A program made the translations under genes and the position numbers. Below the pieces are notes generated by a model. That model was given only the letters and a program-made list of their open reading frames with translations, was not told the origin of the DNA and did not search any database. From Selaginella moellendorffii (Eukaryota > Plantae > Lycopodiophyta): a stretch of 64,000 nt of DNA. Each line of letters opens with the position of its first letter. Position 1 is the stretch's first letter. The stretch spans positions 896,365 to 960,364 of the forward strand of contig NW_003314319.1 of the NCBI RefSeq assembly GCF_000143415.4. The letters run 5' to 3'. Shown here one piece after another: positions 25,057-37,247 of the stretch.

Positions 25057-27329
25057 AGTAGCCCGTATCACGTACTAAAATCAATCAAAGTGAATGCAGC
25101 AACTCACCACTACACTGGGATGTTTTGCAACATACTTCTTTGAAGAGTAAAACCACCGCATGATTGTTAAATTTGGAAACGAATGAGAACAATAGATATC
25201 ATAACGACTATCAAGTCCAGCAAATTCATTCCTGGAAATTTAAGGATCAGACCAGAAGACAACCGGAAACAATGTACTCACCGTGGCAAAAAGTATTGCC
25301 AGGACCGTACCCTAGAAAGTACAGCAGAAGTTCCGCGCTAAAAGAAAAAAGCATTACTGCTTGCAACCCGTCTGCATACAAAATTTATCAGATGAATGAA
25401 CAGAAAGGAAGTCGTGAAATGAATACCGAGCGTATGCAACAACCGTTTTGACATGCCATACTTGAAGGACGATAAGAGCACAATGTTATCAATGTCTTAT
25501 TGGCTCGCTGCCCTTCAGCATCCTTCACATCATGCATGACGAGGCTCCATCCTTCCACAATTATCACCTGCAGAGTGACCACTTTGAAGTGTGCTAAAGG
25601 CGATAAGATGCTATGAAGTGACACAAACCTGAAACATGGTAAGCAGCGAATACCAGAGATAATCAAAAGTTGTCGCGGATTCTGGTATGTCTACAAACAA
25701 AAAGATGGATAAGGAATGAGCTTATAGGAAAAACTCACCATACAGTTCTGAAATGGTGGACATACGTAGCCGCCAGCAGCTTTTTTGTCACAAAAGCGCA
25801 TGGGATAAGCAAGTTGCTTGTCCGCTGTTCGAAAGCACCTGCCCAAGAGGATTTTGATTTCACGTGATAAGAACTATCAAGATTACCTTTGATTCATCGA
25901 GCTTTGCAAGAACTGCGTGCCGAGTAGAGAATAGAAAACCAACTGAAAAAACGTCAAAAGGATAACGTTTTGGAGAGGACCAACGCTCTTTTTCACGGCC
26001 GCCGTGATGGCCTATTGTCAAGTGTTAACAGTGCACAGATCAGCCGAAAGGAGATTTACAAACCATACTATGACATCGGCAAAAAATGAGACGTGCTTCA
26101 ACGCTAGCAGGCCCCGAAACACGCGGAACACGGCTGTCCGCGCGAAAAAATCATGTCCAGTTATGCACCTCCCAAAGAGCTGGGGAAACACTTACGACCA
26201 TCAAGTACAAAAGCTCAACATTACCGGGAATCGAAAACAATGACAAAGTCGAGCCTATGGATTCCACATGTAGCAGTGACGACCTCTGGTAAAACCAAGA
26301 GCCGAAATTTGTAAAACCATTTCAATCCTGCAAACACAAGTGTGACGAGAAACAAGGATGGTAAACTTCTATCCATGTACTGATTGTAGAGAAGCCTAAA
26401 AATGTATAAGCGTGACGGGCTGTAGAGGCCACAAATTCCAAGCGCAGTGCCCTCCATTCTTGCTCCAGTCCTGACAGCACTCCGCCTCGCCTTTCTTCCA
26501 ATATTCTAGAAACAGAACATAAGAACTCTCCAAAGTCAAAAGAAGTGAAGTTACCATGAGCCTCTTGATCGCAGTGTAAGCCCTCTTGCAGTTCTTGGTT
26601 GCCCGGGAATCGGGAATCGCTGGGGCCAGTTGATCCAGTGCGGCAATCAATGCGGCAGATAAAGACGATGACACTGCTCGGTCGCGATCCGGTGCTCCTT
26701 TGCTCAATCGGAGGCAGCCATGTCGGATGCGGAGCTATGAAATCGTGATCTTCTTGCGGGACGGGATCACTGCAAGAAGTATTTCCAGGCGATCGATCAA
26801 TCACTAGCTAAGCTACATTATGCCTCTCAGAAAACTACTCAAACATGCATTCAACCATGACAAAGTAAGTTAAAATAGAGTTCAGCGAACAGGAGAGATA
26901 AAAGTTTCCATTGTGTCGTACGAGCCGTTATAGGACATCCTGATGTAGAGGGCGATCGTCATAGCTTGCGTCGCCGCCTCAGAGCGCTCATCCACCGGCG
27001 AACTCCCTCCGCCAAGAGCCCCCTAATCCAAAAACGCGTGATACCATAATAGCCTTTTCTCCTTGCGATCGTTTTCGTTTCACAGAAGGAAGAATAAAGT
27101 ATAGGAGAAAAAACTCCTCTGCATTGATAGCTTGGATCGTATAACTGCCTGTAGTTCCAAGCCTAACAGACGTAGTTCCCATGCAGCCGGAGCTTTCTCA
27201 GCTGTGCAGCATTTGGTCCGAGAGTGCTTGGCCACAAAACCCGAGCTCCAAAGCCTGAAAGTAAAAATGAGAGTGCTTGGCCACAAAACCCGAGCTCCAA
27301 AGCCTGAAAGTAAAAATGTTATGCATTAT

Positions 27330-27607
27330 ATGCTTTATTTCGTTAAAGTGGGACTTATTCAGTAAAGTGGGACATTAATTAGCATGTGTTCACATGCCAT
27401 TTCCTAGTACTTAATTAATATTTATTAATATTTCTATCAGTTTTTTAATTTATTTTTTTATATTTCACAATATTATAACACAAAATCATATGAAAAGTTT
27501 TTAATTTATAAATTATAAAGTTAAAATTTCAATTTTTTATTGTTGTTATAAAAATGGCATGTGGCCACACACCATAAGTGGGATAATGAAAAGTCCCACT
27601 TTAGCAT
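27330..27607. mobile_element. Second MITE copy (inverted relative to 18429-18716), TSD TTAT
   Basis: Reverse complement of the first copy with a ~10-bp deletion in one TIR. TTAT at 27326-29 and 27608-11. Confidence 0.9.
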
Positions 27608-27659
27608 TTATAGGCTTGAAGAGAGAGAGAGTAACCTGGACTCCATCGAGGGGAGAGTT

Positions 27660-28330
27660 CTCCATCAGCTCGGTGAACTCCTGCTCCAACATTTGCTGCA
27701 ATCCGGAAGTTTCTGCACTGCCTTGCTACAAGCTCTTATAGCTTGGACGTAATGCACCGCTTTAAAGCCTTGCGCTCCCCTTCCAAGCGACGTGATCGAT
27801 TTTCTGGCAGAGAGAACAGCGAAAGAGGGCCAATCTATGTCGGGAGAAGCAGTCCCTGATGGTTCCCACTGGATGATATTTGGAGGCGGTGGCGCTTCCG
27901 CAAGATCATCCATGATATCCTCGTCGCCGTCAATCTGAGCTCTTCTTTGTTGTCGGCGTTGTACCGCCCATAGAGCCGAGCAGTCTCATCTCGCTCTAGC
28001 ATCGCCGCATACAAACATCGTTCCAATGCTGCGTAGAACAAACGGATCGAGCGCACGCCTCGGCACAAGCATCCAAATCCGAGACCCCACACAAAGTGAC
28101 GCACGAATTGGGCGTCACATCCTTTGCAAAGCTGCCCACTCGCTTCATCATCCGATCCGATGCGCACACACGCTTGCAAGCGAATCGATCCTGGGAATCC
28201 AAATCCTCCTGCTGCTGCTCACTCTCATCAAGCGATGATTGCTGGCGCCGCCATCTCTCCGCAATGCCACCGCCGCCGGATCATCGTGGCGGAGCCTGTG
28301 ATTCCCAGTAACCCTACGGCCTCCTCCTTG
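27660..28330 (-). pseudogene. At5g64816-like pseudogene plus the same unidentified fragment
   Basis: DSQDRFACKRVCASDRMMKRVGSF...WNDVCMRRC* (premature stop), 5' end deleted. Confidence 0.8.
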
Positions 28331-28833
28331 CCCCTAGGGTGTAGATTATATTACGCTATGTGGATACAAGGAAAGAAAGAATATCCACTTGCTAATTGTC
28401 GAAAATTCACTTTTAGTTGCTACGGTTAGACGGTTGTTTTAAAGCAATGCCAGACCGAATCGTGCCAAACCCGAGAAAGGATAAGAGCCTCACGTCACAT
28501 AGCTAGACAACGCTCTTAAAGAATTTTAGGCCCCTTTTTTTTCCACACTGGAGCACGGTGTCAATGGGAGTCGAACCCGCGACCGTTGCTAATAGCTGTC
28601 AGGATTCGAACCCGCGATGTTCTCCAAAGGCGGTAGAATGGTAAACCCGGTTGGACACGGCGGATCAACAACGCGCAGATCAACAAGGTCCCATCGATCC
28701 AATCGAGCCTCTGGAAGTGTCCAGGAGAAGGACATTTGCTCCACGCGTCCAACTACATGACTGCCAACCTGGAGACCACGTGACGACGTAAGAACTGTGC
28801 CATTTTAGCTGAAGCGGACACGATTTTTCGATC

Positions 28834-31024
28834 ATGGAGGTTGTGAGCGGCTTGGTGAGGCCGCTGTGTGTCTTGGGTATGGACGCTGCCAAGAAGGTAT
28901 GGGACTGCAATGCCAACATTGAAAGGCTGGAGAATGCCATGGCACCCCACATCCAGGCCAAGATCAAAGCTTTCAGTGAGCACAAGGAGCGAAATGGACC
29001 TGGCTTTATGTTCTCTGAAGCGGCTCCCTCTCGCTCTGGAAGTGATTGGCAGTGCCATGGCTGTCCACAGAAGTGAAGGGCCACATGTGTGGGAAGAACG
29101 ATATAAAAGGTTGCACTTGTCCAATGATCCAGACGTTGAGAAGCAGATGTTCAAGCGCTTGAAGTTCAGCTATGACGAGCTGGGAAACTATGAGGGTGAA
29201 AAGCTGCAAGAGTGCTTTCTCTATGTGGCCGCATTCCCAGAAGATAGGTGGATTGGGTTTACTGAGTTGAGGAACTGTTGGATGGAGGTTGGGTCAGAAC
29301 TCTCACCCACAGCGATTGTCAATGAACTGGAACGGAGATGCCTGGTGAAGATATCTAAGTCTTGGAGGGATGAAGAAGCTCCTGGTTATATAACAGTACA
29401 CGATATGCTACGCAAACTGTGCATAAGAATCTTAAAAGGGAAGTACAGCCCACAGCAAGAGCACGAGAAGGGATGCCTGTTTGGATATGAGTGGACAAGT
29501 GGCATTCAGGATGCAACATTTGCTAAAGTCTCACTCATCTCAAAGAATGTTGGCAGCTTTCTATCCGATAATCATGTGCGAGATGTCTTACTTCTGGATG
29601 AGTGTGAAGGACTTTCTAATGTGGATGACAGTCTTATCGATCACATACAAGGTGTCAAGGTATTGAGCTTGTGGCGATGCTATGAGATCCGTTTTATTCC
29701 AGAGAGCATTTCCAAGCTGAAAAACCTTCAACTGCTTGACATTCGAGAAACAGGAGTGAGTCAATTACCAGATGCGCTTTTCAGCCTGACATCACTGAAA
29801 TATCTAAAATCTACTCAGTGGATGCCGATAAAATGTAACATTGCATTACTGCCCCAGCTCTCCAACTTGGAAGAGCTGGAGCTGAACGTGATTCAAAAGA
29901 GGACCCCTCAGTTGTGGATTTCACTGGAATTTCGCGTAAACTAAGACTTCTAGAGCTAAGAATGATAGATGGTACAATGAAGGTTCCAGAAAGCATGGGG
30001 AAGCTGGAGCACATTGAAACATTGGATTTACATGCGAAGTGCATCGACTTTGTCAGTATCGTTGGGCTATGGGAACTTGTCAGCCTAACAACTTGTAAAA
30101 TTTGTGTGCAATCCGTTAGTAGAGCTCCCTGGAAGCGAATGTTTAAGAAATCAATCAGGCTTAAAGTTTTTTCCATTACTGGGGTAGAAGACAGTGAAAA
30201 TAATGATGACACCTTCGAATGGTTGCAACTACGATATTTAAAAATCCGTGATATTATAAACCTATCTTGGTTGCCCAGAAACACTTGAAATTGACTGCAG
30301 TGGTATCCACTTGTTCAACCTGGATGGATCATTCCCACGTCTTGAAAAGCTGTATCTTACTCATCTACACATTGCACAGTCAGAATTCAAGGATGATTTG
30401 GCTGCCAGTCTTCCAAATCTGAAGCAGTTGGACTTTTGGCTAGCTCCTGATATTGAATGGGAGCACTTGCCTCTCTTTGTGACACAGCTCCCCAATCGCC
30501 TCAAGCATCTGAGCGCAAGTGGTCTCATAAAGAGACTTTTGTTGCCAACCGAGAGGTCATCACTTCAGGTTAAAGATCTTTTCGTATCGAGCAAGAAGAT
30601 GCAAAATGATTTCTTTGAGCCATCAGATCAAATGACTGATATAGAAAATGTGACGTTGAGCTGTAATGAGACTATCGTTCCATCGTCCATTGCATCGCTG
30701 CCATGTTTGAAACGTCTTCACGTTTCCGGGCGAAGCGTGATACATAACGATGCACTGTGGTCCCACAATCACAGCCAGGGCGCATTTCCCAGGCTGGAAG
30801 AGCTACACTGCCCGAAAGGCATGAAAATTCCACCTTGGCTTGAGGACCGCCCCAATCTCAAGAACAAAGTTTTAATTTCCAAAGCGTTTTGGTATCGGAA
30901 CGCCTGTAGTTCGACTTATTGCTCCTCTAAATCAATATATAAAACAATGCGACCGTCTTCCACCACGTCCCTGGCAATCTCTAGCACCTCGGGTTTGCTC
31001 CTTGTCGATTCCAATTCTTGCTGA
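28834..31024 (+). pseudogene. NLR pseudogene copy 2 (N-terminal helical segment fused to LPLAL; P-loop region deleted)
   Basis: MEVVSGLVRPLCVLGMDAAKKVWDCNANIERLEN is followed out of frame by LPLALEVIG, CFLYVAAFPED, VHD and LRRs. Frameshifts near 29890, 30285 and 30865. Confidence 0.9.
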
Positions 31025-34000
31025 GCTGCTACCTCGGTTTTGCTCACAGCAGCACCACCTTTGCCGGCTCTTATCCTCGCCAGGAAACCTCTCACGAGAG
31101 CCTGCATTTTCGTCGCAGCGCCCTGGATGTACACGGCCTGGATCCGCTTCTCACGCTCGATGCGCAGAGTGAGAGGCAACCCCTGCATTAATCCGGGTCA
31201 AATGTAAGTATGAAAAGCTTGGAATAGCAGCTACTTAACAGTTGTCCGATCTTATACAGCGTCAGCGTTTCCAGCAGCTCCTTGAAAGGGATTCCTTTGT
31301 TTGGAACTCGAAAACTCATCACCTCGTACTCTGCTCTCATGTACCTGACCAGAACAAAGAAAAAACGAGTGAGAGACAGAGAGAGATTGCGAGGAACACG
31401 CCAAACCATTGGGTCGCGTATTTGTAGCGCCGGCCCAGCGGATCACCGAGGGCGTTTACAAATCGTCACAGCTTGTGCATCCCAATGTATCCCGTAGCAC
31501 TGGACGATTGTAAAGTTAGTTCCACAAGGACTTGAACGTAATTAAGTGGCTTACTTGGGATCGAATGGTTCTTGGCTCCACAAGTTTCGATATGCTAACA
31601 GGTGCTCCGGCATGACCATAGAGTTCTCGTTCACAAGGCCGAAGGGTACAGCGTCCAGTATGACAGCCACAAACAAGTTCATGAATATGTGACTCCTGAC
31701 CAAGACCAAGAAGGTGAAGAAGATAATCCCGCCCTCTGGATAGCCACAATCGAGCTTGAAAAGATATGGTTTAAGTCGATACTATTGTGCTAAGCTTTGT
31801 TTTCCTTTGAAAAACTACCTAAGCTGTTTAGTTTGGCAAATCATCGCCGAGTAGTGTTTTACCGTTAGTGCAGGCGGGTGCATCAATTGTGGTATCCATC
31901 ATAACGCAAGACCAGTTATCAGGAGCTGTAACCTGTAAAAGAAAAGAGAAACTGAAAGTCATAGAAAAGCAAGCCTTTACCTGAAACACCGTGATGAAAG
32001 CGTTGATGAAAGTGCGAAAGTTGACAGACGGGCCAATGCAGGTCCCTTCCTTCATTGCACTGAAGAGTTGGAATGCCATCCCCGCAAACATATACATGAA
32101 AATTGCGAGAAGAGCGAGTATCTCAGCTACAGTTGGCAAACAGATGAATAACCCGTGCTCTCGCTACGTGAGGAATGATGCCAAAAACTCGAGCAATGTA
32201 GGCAGTGCAGCCGACATAGTCCCCTCACCGTTCCCTTCTTTCCCATGAGACCAATGGCGGCCATTATGAAGAGTCCAAACTCCATCTGCCGTGCAACCTC
32301 TTTCTTATAAACCTTCCACCGGAGAAAGGAAAAACCAGGTGGTCAAACAAAAAACAATCGAGAAAAAGATGAATGAGGTACCTCGTCGCCAAGGAACTTC
32401 ATCACGGATTCAAGCAGGAAATATGTTGTAATCGCACAGTGAGCCATCTGACGCCGGTCCGAAACATCTGCCGACAACCCAGCATAGTTAGTCGCAAGTA
32501 GCCCGGAGTAGCCAAGGAGTGCGAGGATCATGCACTTTTGATATGTCGGATTGCGAATCAAGTAGAAGCACATCCCCCGGATGGGATTGCTTGGTCGTCG
32601 AGCCAGCGGAATAGCACAAGTTTTCTGGATGATACGGTTCATGTCCCTCCACAGCTTCTGCTTCTCTGTGAGAAGAACTGCTCCAGAATTTTTTCCAAAC
32701 TCGTTGATAAACACCCCGATGAAAACTCTGACGATATAAAACCCCCCGATACAGCAGAATGCCACGAAAAACAAGGCGTTGACAGGACTCGCGTTCCGAA
32801 CAGGCTGGTGGTCTTCCCTAGTGATGTCCATGACAGGATACATGAAGTGCGTCAGCCAGTTGTCGAAAGTGGAGCAGACGAACATACTGAGGAGGGCATT
32901 CTGGATGTCGTCGAAGTGGAAAACGTTATTAACCCAGGCTCGCGGAGCAAGGATGCCGATGTCATTAACATAGAGGCCGGTACAATATGTTCGGTGCGTG
33001 ATTGTCGGGTCATTGCATTTCCAGAGAAGGCCCCGAAACTGCTGCAGCCCGATGGTTCCAAATATCAGGAGAATTGAAAATGTGAAGAGAATAACCGACA
33101 CAATTGCTGGAATAGTCCGAAAAAGATTTGATAATAATGACCTCAGTCCTGTAAACCGAACCACGAAACGAAATGGCCGAAGAGAAGTAAACGCACTGAC
33201 GGTTGGTATGGAAGTTTCATTCTCAGCGTTATACTTCAGAAGAATAAACGCATCGCATCGGTGACGAGAATAAACAAGTCCAAGATGTTGTACCAGTCAC
33301 TCAGGTATGCGTCTGGCGCAAAAATAAGTCCCTGTGCAACGATCTTCATCAAACAGTCTAGCAAAAAGACCTGCTCCAAAACAATGTACAATGTCGAGCA
33401 AAATAAGGTAAGCATGTGCTTACCACAAAGTTGATCTTCTGCAGATTCCAGATGAAATCGGGGACAATTATCGGCTCTCCATCATCTCGCATCTCAACTA
33501 CGAGCCAAGTATTGATGACCATCCAAACTATCACAAACCACAAGTACGGTTTACTGCCGAGGATCTTCCTAGACAGGATCCTTATCGTGTTGCCCTCTCC
33601 AAAAGAAGAAGCGACCTTCTCGCAAGTACCACGGTCTCTGTATGGTTGTAAGAGTTCTCTCGAGCTCTTCGTACTCCGCAAGCTGGAAAGATTTCCTGTT
33701 GCTAGAGGCCCTGCTTAGATTTCTGCCAATTTTTGGACTGCTGAGATGGTAAGCAGCGAATACCAGAGATAATCAAAAGTTGTCGTTCCATGGTTGGGAT
33801 TCTCGTATGTCTACAAACAAAGAGATGGATAAGGAATGAGCTTATAGAAAAAACTCACCATACAGTTCTGAAATGGTGGACATACGTAGCCGCCAGCAGC
33901 TTTTTTGTCACAAAAGCGCATGGGATAAGCAAGTTTCTTGTCCGCTGTTCGAAAGCACCTGCCCAGGAGGATCTTGATTTCACGTGATAAGAACTATCGA

Positions 34001-35223
34001 GATTACCTTTGATTCATCGAGTTTTGCAAGAACTGCGTGCCGAGTAGAGAATAGAAAACCAACAGAAAAAACGTCAAAAGGATAACGTTTTGGAGAGGAC
34101 CAACGCCCTTTTTCACGGCCGCCATGATGGGCTATTGTAAAGTGTTAACAATGCACAGATCAGCCAAAAGGAAATTTACAAACCATACTATGCCATCGGC
34201 AAAAAATGTGACGTGCTTCAACGCTAGCAGGCCCCGAAACACGCGGAACACGGCTATCCGCGCGAAAAAATCATGTCCAGTTACACCTCGAGCAATGATA
34301 TGTACCCTGCACCTCGCAAAGAGCTGGTGAAACACTTACGACCAACCTCAACATTACCAGGAATCGAAAACAATGACAAAGTCGAGCCTATTGTACGGAT
34401 TCCGCATGCAGCAGTGACGACCTTTGATAAAGCCAAGAGCCGAAATTCGTAAAACCATTTCAATCCTGCAATCAGAAGTGTCAGGGGAAACCTCGAAGAG
34501 GGAAACAACGATTACGTATAAAGCGCCGTGATGAGCCCGTCCAGGAAATCGATGTTGAAACTCCGGACGTGTGTCTATCGTTCGTGCCTAGACCCAGCCA
34601 TCGCTTGAAAGATAAGCACTACCATATGGGAGCATATAAGAAACACAAGAACATACTCGGCTCTCCTGCCACCAAAGCCTGTTAGAGGAAGGATGATAAA
34701 CTTCTATCCACGTACTGATTGTAGAGAAGCCTGAAAATGTATAAGCGTGACGGGCTGTAGAGGCTCCAAATTCCAAGCGCAGTGCCCTCCATTCTTGCTC
34801 CAGTCCCGACAGCAGTCCGCCTCGCCTTTCTTCTTATATTCTAGAAACAGAAAATAAGGACTCTCCAAAGTCGAAAGAAGTAAAGTTACCATGAGCCTCT
34901 TGATTGCAGTGTAAGCCCTCTTCCAGTTCTTGGTTGCCGGGGAATCGGGAATAGCTGGGGCCAGTTGATCCAGTGCGGCAATCAATGCGGCAGACGAAGA
35001 TGATGACGCTGCTCGATCGCGATCCGGCGCTGCTTTGCTCACGCCGTGAATCGGAGGCAGCTGATCCCGAGCTATGAAATCGTGATCTTCTTGTGGGACG
35101 GGATCACTGGAAGAAGTATTTCGAGGCGATCAATCAATCACTGCATCAGCTAAGTTATGCGTCCGGCGCCTACCTCTGCGTGAGCTTCGTCATAGCTTGC
35201 GTCGCCGCCTCGAGAGCGCTCAT
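30916..35223 (-). pseudogene. Four-domain Cav-like channel pseudogene copy 2 (part of DI, DIII, DIV, IQ; DII absent)
   Basis: DIII: GLQQFRGLLWKCND...FHFDDIQNALLSMFVCSTFDNWL...VFIGVFINEF, III-IV linker LLTEKQKLW. DIV: FMYMFAGMAFQLF...NFRTFINAFITVFQVTAPDNWSCVM. IQ motif present. Jumps from DI to DIII near 33740. Confidence 0.9.
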
Positions 35224-35366
35224 CCGCCGGCGATGGCCGTCACCGCCAAGAGCCCTAAAATTCAAACTACCTAACCACGAGAGCCTTTTCTCCTTGCGAT
35301 CGTTCTCGTTTCACAAAAGAACGAAGATCACAGTATAGGAGAAAAAATTTCTCTGCATTGATACCC

Positions 35367-35795
35367 TCATGACCTTAGACACTCGCTCTGGCATCGCCGC
35401 ATACAAACATCGTTCCAATTGGGGACGTGATGCTGCGTAGAACAAACAGATCGAGCGCATGCCTCGGCACAAGCATCCAAATCCGAGACCCCACACACAG
35501 TGACGCACGAATTGGGCGTCACATCCTTTGCAAAGCTGCCCACTCGCTTCATCATCCGATCCGATGCGCACACGCGCTTGCAAGCGAATCGATCCTGGGA
35601 ATCCAAATCCTGCTGCTGCTGCTCGCTCTCATCGAGCGATGATCGCCGGCGCCGCCATCTCTCCGCAATGCCACCGCCGCCACTCTTACCGCTCTTGCCG
35701 CGCCGCCACTGCCGGATCATCGTGGCGGAGCCTGTGATTCCCAGTAGCCCTAGCCCCAGCCCCACCGCCGCGCTCCACCACGAGCCCTCCACCAT
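35367..35795 (-). CDS. Conserved plant Cys-rich protein, At5g64816-like (142 aa, N-terminal TM helix)
   Basis: WWSAAVG TM segment; FACKRVCASDRMMKRVGSFAKDVTPNSCVTVCGVSDLDACAEACARSVC...VPNWNDVCMRRCQSECL. Intact single exon. Confidence 0.88.
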   Translation of the reverse strand: MVEGSWWSAAVGLGLGLLGITGSATMIRQWRRGKSGKSGGGGIAERWRRRRSSLDESEQQQQDLDSQDRFACKRVCASDRMMKRVGSFAKDVTPNSCVTVCGVSDLDACAEACARSVCSTQHHVPNWNDVCMRRCQSECLRS

Positions 35796-37247
35796 TCTTG
35801 CTACTCCAAGCTTGCCCTAGAGTATCCGCGTATATTCTCGTGTGTAAAGTAGATTCTATTTTGGTAAATTGTCAAAGAGTTATCAAATACTCGTAGAGCT
35901 TTTTGGCTTTTGCCCGGAGGAGATCATCCTCCTATCCGCGCCATGTACCATGTCGCCCTCTCTCCATCCCGTTCGTTGGATCGTATCGATTTCCAATATA
36001 CAAGGAAAGAAAGAATATCCCAGTGGAGCTCTCCCTGGTTGCGGTTTTGTTGGCCCCACCAGGGCTGCCATCCGCACGTGGGGCGGTCCACTTGGGCGGT
36101 GTATACAGTGTAGACACAGTGTTATCTTACTTCTTAAGACGCGATACACATACTTAATCGAATTAGTTGCTCGGGTTAGTCTAATCACTTTCGCCGTCAC
36201 GGTTGTTTTCGCGGGCTTTAAAGCAATGCAAGAGGGCACGGCCTCGAGTCGTGCCAGCTCCGAACCAACACTAAACCCGAGAAAGGAGAAGAGCCTCACG
36301 TCACATCGCCGAGGCCCCCTCAAAGCTTGGGCATAGACAACGCTCTTAAAGAATTTTATCCACACTGGAGCACGGCGTCAATAGGAGTCGAACCCGCGAC
36401 CGTTGCTAGTAGCTGTCAGAGACGGATTCGAACCCCGGATGTTCTCCAAGTCCGAGCTGGCAGGCGGTAGGGTTTGAACACTGGACTGGATTGTAAACCC
36501 GTTTGGATGGTAATACCCCGTTCACACGGCCTTCACGGCGGTGTGCCTGTGTTTGCCATGCCAGGAGAAGCGCAAGGGGGACGGAGCTAGCTTTGAAGAC
36601 GCGACGACGCGGGGCGGATCGGGGGTTTGTGGATCGCTGCCGGGCTATTGGAGCTTCCAGCGCCTGGATGAATGGAGGTTCTAGCGGCCAGTTCTTAGGA
36701 TTACCAGGGAAATATCGGCGCCAGGGTAGCTAGGAGCCGTCGGCAAGGCCGGGAGATTCCGTCCGAGCGAGCGGCGGTGGGGAAATGATGAGGATGATCC
36801 AATCTTGATCGGCGGCATTCTCGTATTCCGAGAATCGAGGCGCTGCGCGCGTCTGGTTCCCGGCGCTGGCATCACATCGAAGGGTATTGTGGATATTTCG
36901 GAGCTGCTAGTCTCGATCCGGTTCGTGGCGCCCCAAATTTCCTGGCGTCTTCCGCGCGGCCGATGCATGACGACGGTGTAGCGGCATCGGGTGTCGACAA
37001 GAACGCTGCTGATCACTATTCCAGGTCTCGCGTTTTCATGTGTACAGGAGGATTGGACAGAATTGATGAGGAGATAGATCGCTCGCCGGTATGCTCAGCA
37101 GGCGCTATGATCCACCGTTACCAGTAAAACATCCTACTGGAACACCGCCAACGCGCAGATCAAGAAGGTTATGTATTCTCCTCTACAGGAAGAAGACTCG
37201 CAGCTTGTGCTACCACCGCTTTGAGCAAGACCAAGATCGCCGCATCG

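Larger units (their letters stand above)
22066..26991 (-). pseudogene. Four-domain voltage-gated Ca2+/cation channel (Cav-like) pseudogene copy 1 (domains I, part of II, end of IV, IQ motif)
   Basis: S4 RVFRGLLALKH, pore QVIIVEGWSLVM (DI), DII S6 VVMNLIIAVLLD, DIV pore QVTTLDNWSCLV, DIV S6 FMNLFVAVILD, IQ motif AATKMQALVRGFLAR. Domain III is missing; internal tandem duplications are present. Confidence 0.88.

Noticed and set aside
28555-28620. Functional tRNA gene
   Set aside because: Only T-arm/B-box pieces are present; no D-arm, anticodon arm or paired acceptor stem.
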